DNA from: Chloroflexota bacterium | Lineage (GTDB): Bacteria; Chloroflexota; Limnocylindria; Limnocylindrales; CSP1-4 | NCBI GenBank assembly: GCA_003171255.1 | Contig: PMYK01000054.1 | Location: forward strand, 53,910-117,909 | Direction of reading: 5' to 3' | DNA length: 64,000 nt | Shown: piece by piece, positions 36,635 through 43,762 of the stretch | Layout of the letters: the number at the start of each line of letters is the position of its first letter | Numbering within the stretch: position 1 is the stretch's first letter | The notes under the pieces: generated by a model | What the model saw: the letters and a program-made list of their open reading frames with translations, nothing else | Told to the model about the DNA's origin: nothing | Database searches by the model: none | Translations under genes and position numbers: made by a program

Positions 36635-36862
36635 CTATCCACATCTCCCAGCCGTCGGGGTCGCAGTCGGGATGGATAGGGGAGTGGCGGTGGGCATTGG
36701 GGTCGCTGTTGGGGTCGCAGTGGCGGGCGGCGTGGCCGACGGGCCTGGTGCGGTCATGACCGTCGCAGTGGGGATTGGCGGGGGCTTAGGAGAGGCCGCT
36801 CCAGCCTGGCACGCGGCCATGAGAGCAACCGCCAGGAGGGCGCCAAGGGCGGATCGTCGCAT
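36635..36862 (-). CDS. Small Pro/Thr-rich putative lipoprotein (75 aa)
   Basis: Signal peptide with lipobox-like LMAAC, then (T/A)ATP repeats. RBS GAAGGGG. GC3 is only ~68%, so coding status is uncertain. Confidence 0.4.
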   Translation of the reverse strand: MRRSALGALLAVALMAACQAGAASPKPPPIPTATVMTAPGPSATPPATATPTATPMPTATPLSIPTATPTAGRCG

Positions 36863-36955
36863 CGTTGACCGTCACCCCTTCGCTGCCTTGCCGAGTGCCG
36901 TATTCTCACATCTCGTCGGGCGTCGGGCGTCGGGCGTAACGCCTCGTCTGAACGT

Positions 36956-36985
36956 TTGCCGCTCCTGAAACCCCTGTGCTATAGT
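36956..36985 (+). promoter_or_regulatory. Candidate sigma-70-type promoter of infC-rpmI-rplT
   Basis: TTGCCG - 18 nt - TATAGT, leaving a ~100-nt 5' UTR before the infC ATT. Confidence 0.3.
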
Positions 36986-37094
36986 CCCGCGGGCGACCGC
37001 CCGGCGCAGTGGTGCGCAGGGTTGGGCCGCTCGTCTGCTTTCGGGGAGAGTACCCGGAACGCCGGCAACCAAACACGCAACGAAGGGGTTCGCC

Positions 37095-37778
37095 ATTAGC
37101 CGAGACCTGCGCATCAATCAGATGATCCGGGTGTTTGACGTTCGGGTTGTCGACGAAGACGGTAGCCAGCTTGGTGTCATGCGAACGGCAGACGCCTTGC
37201 GGCTTGCGCAGGAGCGGGGGCTCGACCTGGTAGAGGTCGCACCGCTTGCCAGTCCCCCCGTGGCGCGGCTCCTCGACTTCGGTCAGTACAAGTACGAACT
37301 GACCAAGCGTGAGAAGGAAGCCAAGCGTAAACAGCGTTCAATCACCTTCAAGGAAGTCCGCCTCAAGCCCAAGATCGGCGTGGGTGACTTCGATACGAAG
37401 GTAAGGCGGGCAGTCGAGTTCCTGGAGGACGGCGACCGAGTCAAGATCTCCGTCCAGTTCCGGGGTCGCGAGTTGACCCACCCGCAGATCGGGCGCGACC
37501 TGCTGGACAAATTCGCGGAACAGATCAAGGAACACGGCGTGGTCGAGCGGGCTCCGCTGCTCGAGGGCAAGTCGATGCACATCAGCGTCGCCTCTACCCA
37601 CAAGCCCAAGACCCACGAGCCGACACCGTCGGCCGCGGCCAAGGGCCACGTCAGGACTGCCGATGAGGCAGAGCCCGAGGTCGAAGCCGTGCAGAACGCA
37701 TCGAATGAGGTGCCACCGGCCCCGCCGGCGTCGCCGAGACCCGAGCCCGACAACGGCTCGGCGTCGACTGGAGTGTGA
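37095..37778 (+). CDS. infC: Translation initiation factor IF-3, ATT start codon, acidic/Pro-rich C-terminal tail
   Basis: In-frame ATT at 37095 lies 7 nt after GAAGGGG and restores the conserved N-terminus ISRDLRINQMIRVFDVRVVDEDGSQLGVM. The track ORF starts only at the internal ATG 37122. Confidence 0.85.
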   Translation: MSRDLRINQMIRVFDVRVVDEDGSQLGVMRTADALRLAQERGLDLVEVAPLASPPVARLLDFGQYKYELTKREKEAKRKQRSITFKEVRLKPKIGVGDFDTKVRRAVEFLEDGDRVKISVQFRGRELTHPQIGRDLLDKFAEQIKEHGVVERAPLLEGKSMHISVASTHKPKTHEPTPSAAAKGHVRTADEAEPEVEAVQNASNEVPPAPPASPRPEPDNGSASTGV

Positions 37779-37782
37779 GACC

Positions 37783-37986
37783 GTGCCGAAGATGAAGAGC
37801 CACAAGGGGACCGCGAAGCGGATCGGGGTCACCGGTAGTGGCAAGGCCGTCCGTGTCAAAGCATGGCGCGGCCACCACCTCGAGCTGAAGTCGTCCCGAC
37901 GAAAGCGCCGTTACGACGGCAAGGCAATCGTGACGGGCGAGTCGCTCGATCAGGTCCGCCGGCTGCTTCCGTACCTGGGAGTCTGA
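37783..37986 (+). CDS. rpmI: 50S ribosomal protein L35
   Basis: GTG start gives (M)PKMKSHKGTAKRIGVTGSGK. Confidence 0.9.
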   Translation: MPKMKSHKGTAKRIGVTGSGKAVRVKAWRGHHLELKSSRRKRRYDGKAIVTGESLDQVRRLLPYLGV

Positions 37987-37992
37987 TCCTCG

Positions 37993-38343
37993 ATGGCACG
38001 CGTCAAACGGGGCGTAACGTCCCATCATCGCCACAAGCGTCTCCTCAACGATGCCGAGGGGCGTACCGGTACGAACTCGAAGCTCGTCAGGCGAGCCCAC
38101 GAGTCCGCTCTGCATGCCATGGCCTATGCGACGAGGGACCGCAAGCAGCGCAAGCGCCAGATGCGTCGGCTGTGGGTCATCCGCATCAACGCGGCCGCTC
38201 GCCTCAACGGCATCACCTACGGCAAGCTGGTCGCCTGTCTGAAGGACGCCAAGATCGAGCTTGATCGCAAGATCCTGGCCGACATCGCCGTCCGCGACGC
38301 AGGCACCTTCGCGCAGATAGTCGTCCTCGCCACCAAGGCGTAG
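37993..38343 (+). CDS. rplT: 50S ribosomal protein L20
   Basis: MARVKRGVTSHHRHKRLL...RKRQMRRLWVIRINAAAR. Confidence 0.95.
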   Translation: MARVKRGVTSHHRHKRLLNDAEGRTGTNSKLVRRAHESALHAMAYATRDRKQRKRQMRRLWVIRINAAARLNGITYGKLVACLKDAKIELDRKILADIAVRDAGTFAQIVVLATKA

Positions 38344-38391
38344 GCGTCCGAAACGGCCGGCGACGGCCACAGCATCCTCAACACGAGGCGC

Positions 38392-38712
38392 TGACGGAGA
38401 AGAGACGAGGATAGATCACCCAGGGAGGGTGGGCGCAGACTGAAAGCCCGCCTGCGATCGATCTCGTCGGTTCGCTCCCGAGCTACTCGCTGAAGCCTCG
38501 ACGCAGCGGCGCCGCGGTGGGTAGGCAGGTCGGCCGGCCCCCGATACAGGGCACGGGCCATCGCACGGCGGTGGTCTGAGTGCCCTACTGTGACCGGGCG
38601 AGCTGGTTCATGGTTGGGAAGCGGGGTGGTACCGCGAGCCCTCGACTCGTCCCCGTCCGGAAGGACGGCGGAGCGTCCCAGCCGGGACGGTCGGAGTCGA
38701 GGGTTCTAGATT
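38392..38712 (+). promoter_or_regulatory. T-box leader (Phe specifier UUC) upstream of pheST
   Basis: Stem I GACGAGGATAGATC...GATCGATCTCGTC with AGAGA and GGGAGGGTGGGCG elements. Specifier TTC at 38471-38473. T-box sequence GGGGTGGTACCGCGAG at 38623-38638. A long branched hairpin CCCTCGACTC...GAGTCGAGGG (38639-38703) is followed by TTCT. Confidence 0.7.
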
Positions 38713-38752
38713 CCGGGCAAGTGCAGTTTGCGCGGGCGGAGCCCGCGAGGTA

Positions 38753-39805
38753 ATGAGGAACGGCAGCGTGGACTTCGAAAGCCTGAGTGCCGATCTGCGA
38801 AGCCTGCAGGCGCGGGCGCTCGAGGAAATATCGGCGGCCGTAGATCCCGGCGCGCTCGACGCGCTCCAGATCCAGTACCTCGGCAAGAAGGGCGACCTGA
38901 CAGCCGTTCTCCGCGGCATCGGCGCCTTGCCGGCGGACGATCGGCCGCGCGTCGGGGCCATAGCCAACGAGGTGGGCGAGGCCGTCAAGGGAGCGCTTGC
39001 GACGCGCGGCACCGAGCTCCGCTCTCAGGTCCAGACGATTCGCCTGGCCGCGGAGAAGGTTGACGTCACGCTGCCGGGCAGACCGGTCGCTCGTGGAGCG
39101 TTGCATCCGATCCCCGAGACGATCGAGGCGATAGCTGAGGTGTTCGGGCAGTTCGGCTTCGTGATCCACGAGGGACCCGAGGTCGAGGACGACCTCACCA
39201 ATTTCCAGATGCTCAACATCGCCCCGGACCATCCGGCCCGCGACCTGTGGGACACGCTCTACGTCGACATCCCGGGCTATCTGCTCCGTACTCACACAAG
39301 CCCCGGTCAGATCCGCGTGATGCAGTCGACCAGGCCGCCGATCAGGGCCCTGCTTCCGGGCCGCTGCTTCCGCTACGAGGCGGTCGACGCCAGTCACGGC
39401 TCCGAGTTCTTCCAGGTCGAAGGCTTGATGGTCGACGAGGGAACGTCCATGGCGGACCTGAAGGGCCTCCTGGACGAGTTCGCGCACGCCCTGTTCGGCC
39501 CTCGGAAGACGCGCTTCCGGCCGGGCTACTACCCCTTTACCGAACCATCGGTCGCCTTCGACGTCGAGTGCGTGGTGTGCGGCGGCGTCGGCTGCCCGGC
39601 CTGCTCGAAGTCGGGCTGGATGACGATCCTGGGCGCCGGCATGGTTCACCCGGTCGTCCTGCAGTACGGCGGCATAGACCCCGAGCGGTATCAGGGCTTC
39701 GCCTTCGGCATGGGCGTGGAGCGCATCGCCAACCTGCGCCACGCCGTGCCCGACCTGCGCTACTACCTCGAGAACGACCTGCGCTTCCTGGAGCAGTTCC
39801 GATGA
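38753..39805 (+). CDS. pheS: Phenylalanyl-tRNA synthetase alpha subunit
   Basis: Class II motifs (HPARDLWDTLY, RTHTSPGQIR, FRPGYYPFTEPS, GAGMVHP). GTG 38768 is an alternative start. Confidence 0.95.
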   Translation: MRNGSVDFESLSADLRSLQARALEEISAAVDPGALDALQIQYLGKKGDLTAVLRGIGALPADDRPRVGAIANEVGEAVKGALATRGTELRSQVQTIRLAAEKVDVTLPGRPVARGALHPIPETIEAIAEVFGQFGFVIHEGPEVEDDLTNFQMLNIAPDHPARDLWDTLYVDIPGYLLRTHTSPGQIRVMQSTRPPIRALLPGRCFRYEAVDASHGSEFFQVEGLMVDEGTSMADLKGLLDEFAHALFGPRKTRFRPGYYPFTEPSVAFDVECVVCGGVGCPACSKSGWMTILGAGMVHPVVLQYGGIDPERYQGFAFGMGVERIANLRHAVPDLRYYLENDLRFLEQFR

Positions 39806-42291
39806 GAGTCCCCCTGAGCTGGCTGCGCGAGTACGTCGACGTCCAGCAGACCTCCGAACAGCTGGCCGAACGGCTGACCCTCCTGGGCATGGAGGTCAAG
39901 GGCATCGAGGCCTGGGGCGCCGACTGGCGCTCCGTGGTGGTTGGCGAGTTGCTGACCGTGGAGAAGCACCCCAACGCCGACAGGCTGCATCTCACGACCG
40001 TGAACGTCGGATCGGGTGAACCTCTCCATATCGTGTGTGGTGCGCACAACATCGCCCCGGGTCAGCGAGTCCCGGTGGCCCTCCCCGGCGCCGTGCTGCC
40101 CGGTGAGCGCCGCATCGAACGGACCGAGAAGATGGGCATCGCCTCGGAGGGCATGCTCTGTTCGGGCGACGAGCTCCACATCACCAGCGACGCCGAGGGA
40201 ATTCTCATCCTGCCGCCCGGCACGCCTCTCGGCCGCCAGCTCTCCGATCTTTACGGCGACGTCGTGCTCGACGTTGACGTCAAGCCGAACCGGGGCGACG
40301 CCCTGTGTCTGATCGGACTGGCTCGAGAGGTGGCGGCAGCCACCGGCGCCACGGTCCGCTGGCCCGAGATCAAGGTCGAGGAGACCGGCGGCCCGGTCGG
40401 CGACCGCCTCACGGTCGAGGTTCGCGATGGCGTCCTCTGCACCCGCTTCGTCGGCCGCTGGATCAGCGGCGCGAAGATCTGCCCGTCGCCCGATACCGTC
40501 CAGATGCGACTCCAGGCAGCCGGTATGCGCCCGGTCAGCAACGTCGTCGATGCCTCGAACTACGTCATGCTCGAGCTGGGCAAGCCGACCCACACGTTCG
40601 ATGGCAGCGCGGTTCACGAAGGCACGATCATCGTCCGACGCGCGGTCGCCGGGGAGAGGCTCGAAACGCTGGACCATGTCTGGCGCGACCTGACTCCCGA
40701 GACGCTGATCATCGCCGATCCGCAGGGACCAATCGGCATCGCCGGAGTGATGGGCGGCGCCGAGAGCGAGATCACCGACGCCACGACCGAGATCGCCATC
40801 GAGTCGGCCATCTTCGATCCGGTCAGCATTCGCCGCACGGGCCACCGCTTCGCCCTGCGATCCGAGGCGAGCCTTCGTTTCGAGAAGGGTCAGGAGTTCC
40901 GGCTCGCCCGAATCGGAGCAGATCGCGTTGCCCAGCTGACCCTGGCCTGGGCGGGCGGCTCGTGCGCCCGTGGTGTCGTGGATACCGCGCCGAATGAGCC
41001 CGTGTCACCGCGACTTGCCTTCCGACCCTCCCGCGTCAGCAAGCTGCTCGGCGCGCCGATAGACACCGCTGAGCAGCGCGACCTGCTGAAGCGCGTCGGC
41101 ATCGAGACCGAGGCCGCGCCCACCGGCAGCCGAATCCGAGTCGCCGCTGCACCGAAGCCCCTCGAGATCGACCCCGGGTCCGAAGAGGTGGTGATGGCCG
41201 TGGTGCCGACCTGGCGCCGCGACCTCGAGGTCGAGGCGGATGTGGTGGAGGAAGTCGCCCGGGTCCGCGGCTATGAGACGACGCCCAGCCACCTGCCGGA
41301 TACGCTGATGCCGGCCTACCGACCCTCGCCGCTGAAGGTTCGGAATTCGATTCGCGAGACACTGGCTGGGGCCGGTCTGACCGAGGTCGTCACTCATGCG
41401 CTCGTCTCCCCAGAGAACGATGCCAGGCTGCAGTGGCCGGGCGACGGGGGCCTCGCGATCGCCTCACCGGCCGCCGGGGGCGTCATCGCCGTGACCAACC
41501 CCCTCTCGAGTCAGCACTCGGTGCTGCGTCAGCACGTCGTCCCGAGCCTCCTCGGTGTCCTGGCGCTCAACGAACGCCAGGGTCGCGAGGACGTGGCCGT
41601 CTTCGAGGTGGGGAAGGGCTACGGTCGGGTAGGGGACGCGCCACAAGAGTGGACCAGGCTGGCGTTCGTGCTGAGCGGCGACGCCCAGCCCGCGGCGTGG
41701 AATCGACCTGCCCGCCCGTATGACCTCGATGACGCCAAGGGCATCGTCGAGATGATCTGCCGTCGCCTGCACACGCCGCCCCCGAGCTACCGCCCCGACA
41801 CTCGCGGTTTCCCATTTCACCCCGGCCGAGCACTGACGGCCGAGGCGACGGCTGACGCGGAGTCGGTCAGCGGCCGAGTGGCCGAGTTGCACCCTGACGC
41901 GCTTGAGATGTGGGAACTGAGAGCGCAGCGAGTCATCGTCGCCGAATTGGCGATCCGCGGGTTGGATGAAGCGACCGTTCCAAGGATCCACGTGGAGCCG
42001 ATCGCCCGCTTTCCGGTTGTTGAGCGCGACCTGGCAGTCATCGTCGATGAGAGTCGGACGGCGGCTGAGGTCGAGGCGGCGATCCGGAGCCATGGGGGCG
42101 CTCTCTTGCGGGGGCACCGTCTCTTCGACCTGTACCGCGGCGCTCCCCTCGCCACCGACGAGAAGAGCCTCGCCTACCGGCTGGTTTTCGGGGCCGACGA
42201 TCGGACCCTCGCCGAGGCCGAGATAGATGCGGCCGTGGCGGCGGTTCGGTCCGGCCTGGAGATCGATCTCGGGGCCCACATCAGGAGTTAG
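39802..42291 (+). CDS. pheT: Phenylalanyl-tRNA synthetase beta subunit
   Basis: ATG 39802 overlaps the pheS TGA. MRVPLSWLREYVD..., tRNA-binding domain, and B3/4, B5 and FDX-ACB regions. Confidence 0.95.
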   Translation: MRVPLSWLREYVDVQQTSEQLAERLTLLGMEVKGIEAWGADWRSVVVGELLTVEKHPNADRLHLTTVNVGSGEPLHIVCGAHNIAPGQRVPVALPGAVLPGERRIERTEKMGIASEGMLCSGDELHITSDAEGILILPPGTPLGRQLSDLYGDVVLDVDVKPNRGDALCLIGLAREVAAATGATVRWPEIKVEETGGPVGDRLTVEVRDGVLCTRFVGRWISGAKICPSPDTVQMRLQAAGMRPVSNVVDASNYVMLELGKPTHTFDGSAVHEGTIIVRRAVAGERLETLDHVWRDLTPETLIIADPQGPIGIAGVMGGAESEITDATTEIAIESAIFDPVSIRRTGHRFALRSEASLRFEKGQEFRLARIGADRVAQLTLAWAGGSCARGVVDTAPNEPVSPRLAFRPSRVSKLLGAPIDTAEQRDLLKRVGIETEAAPTGSRIRVAAAPKPLEIDPGSEEVVMAVVPTWRRDLEVEADVVEEVARVRGYETTPSHLPDTLMPAYRPSPLKVRNSIRETLAGAGLTEVVTHALVSPENDARLQWPGDGGLAIASPAAGGVIAVTNPLSSQHSVLRQHVVPSLLGVLALNERQGREDVAVFEVGKGYGRVGDAPQEWTRLAFVLSGDAQPAAWNRPARPYDLDDAKGIVEMICRRLHTPPPSYRPDTRGFPFHPGRALTAEATADAESVSGRVAELHPDALEMWELRAQRVIVAELAIRGLDEATVPRIHVEPIARFPVVERDLAVIVDESRTAAEVEAAIRSHGGALLRGHRLFDLYRGAPLATDEKSLAYRLVFGADDRTLAEAEIDAAVAAVRSGLEIDLGAHIRS

Positions 42292-42446
42292 CAACCCAAC
42301 CGAGCGTCACGAGCCCACTCCGGGTACTTTTGAGCGCTTAGGTCGGTGCTGTTGTCCGTTGATGCGGCCACTAGGGCACTGCTAACCTAGCTGCGGCCTG
42401 CCGACACGAATATGTCGGTGGCCACCGCCCTCGCGGAGGTAGATCG

Positions 42447-43019
42447 GTGGACATCGTTGGATTCATCAAGAACGCCCCCTTTGTCGATCTGGCCGTCCTG
42501 ATCGGCCTGTTCGCCTTCTTCTTCATGGGCGTGGCGCAGGGCGCAATCAGGCGGATTCTCGGGATCGTCTCGATTCTGTTCGCGTTCCTCCTGGCCGCCA
42601 ACCTGCGGGATACCGTCGGAGATTTCCTGGGCCAGAACTGGTCCCAGTTCAGCCTCGGCTACAACCGGCTGCTCGCATTCCTGGCGATCTTCGCCGTGGG
42701 TGGCGTCGCCTCGTCGATTCTGATCCAGGGCTTCTACAAGCGGACCGATCTCTCCGCCGAACACCCCATAGTCGACGACGTCGTGGGCGGCCTGCTAGGT
42801 CTGGCCCAGGGTCTTCTCCTTCTCACGCTGACGGTGATCGTCTTCAGCTCATACACGCTGCCGCCGGCCAGGTCAGGGGATCTCACGCCGCTGCGCGATG
42901 CGCAGAATGCGATCCACGACTCGCACATAGCGGGCGGCATGAGGGACACGTTCATTCCGTCCCTCGTTCACGTGATGTCCGGCCTTCTGCCGGCCGATCT
43001 GGTATCGAACTTCCCCTGA
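42447..43019 (+). CDS. cvpA: CvpA family membrane protein
   Basis: GTG start. DLAVLIGLFAFFFMGVAQGAIRRILGIVSILFAFLLA, typical of CvpA; 4 TMs. Confidence 0.75.
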   Translation: MDIVGFIKNAPFVDLAVLIGLFAFFFMGVAQGAIRRILGIVSILFAFLLAANLRDTVGDFLGQNWSQFSLGYNRLLAFLAIFAVGGVASSILIQGFYKRTDLSAEHPIVDDVVGGLLGLAQGLLLLTLTVIVFSSYTLPPARSGDLTPLRDAQNAIHDSHIAGGMRDTFIPSLVHVMSGLLPADLVSNFP

Positions 43020-43045
43020 GACGGACGCAGTTCTCTCGGTCGACC

Positions 43046-43762
43046 ATGGCCGCCTCGGGCCAGCCAGGCACGCGGGTGATGCCGCGCGACTTCCTCGCGA
43101 CTGACACGCTTGCCGCCGCTCGGCACCTCATCGGAGCGCAATTGATCCGGGGCAGTGGTCCGGACGCGCGCGGTGGCCGAATTGTCGAAGTAGAGGCCTA
43201 CATCGGGCTGCACGACATGGCCTCTCACGCTCGCTTCGGTCGGACGAAACGCAACTCCGTCATGTTCGGGCCGCCGGGAGCCGCCTACGTGTACCTTGTC
43301 TACGGTATGTATCACTGTCTGAATGTCGTCACCGAAGCCGATGGTCGGCCGGCCGCGCTGCTGGTTCGCGCGCTCGAACCCAACCTGGGCCAGGACGAGA
43401 TGAGGTTGGCGAGGGTTCGCTGGGCCACGACGCGGGCGGGTCGCCGCAGCGCGGAGGCGGTGGAGCGAGCGGCTCGCAACATCGAGGCGCTACCCACGAC
43501 CCGACTCGCCTCCGGCCCCGGCCTGGTGTGCGCGGCCCTGTCGATCGATGGAGCCGACGGCGGCATTGACCTCTGTGACGAGGCATCAGAGCTGAGACTG
43601 GAGATCGGAGTCGACGACGAGCCGATGGCTGTGGCCACGGGTCCGCGAGTCGGCATCGGCTACGCCCCCGAGCCATGGCGGAGCCGCCCATGGCGGTTCT
43701 ACGTGGCCGGCCATGCATCCGTCTCAACTGCCAGGTCGGCGCCGCAGCGGGTGGAGACGTGA
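43046..43762 (+). CDS. mpg: DNA-3-methyladenine glycosylase (Mpg/AAG family)
   Basis: GRIVEVEAYIG..D.ASHA..GRTKRNSVMFGPPGAAYVYLVYGMYHCLNVV. Confidence 0.85.
   Translation: MAASGQPGTRVMPRDFLATDTLAAARHLIGAQLIRGSGPDARGGRIVEVEAYIGLHDMASHARFGRTKRNSVMFGPPGAAYVYLVYGMYHCLNVVTEADGRPAALLVRALEPNLGQDEMRLARVRWATTRAGRRSAEAVERAARNIEALPTTRLASGPGLVCAALSIDGADGGIDLCDEASELRLEIGVDDEPMAVATGPRVGIGYAPEPWRSRPWRFYVAGHASVSTARSAPQRVET

Noticed and set aside
36672-36968. 98-aa Gly/Val/Ala-rich plus-strand ORF
   Set aside because: It is the mirror image of the PT-repeat lipoprotein ORF. It has no signal or motif and reads across the likely infC promoter. The minus-strand ORF is the more plausible of the two, and even that is uncertain.
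38585-39742. 385-aa minus-strand ORF
   Set aside because: It lies antisense to pheS, which has unambiguous class II aaRS motifs.
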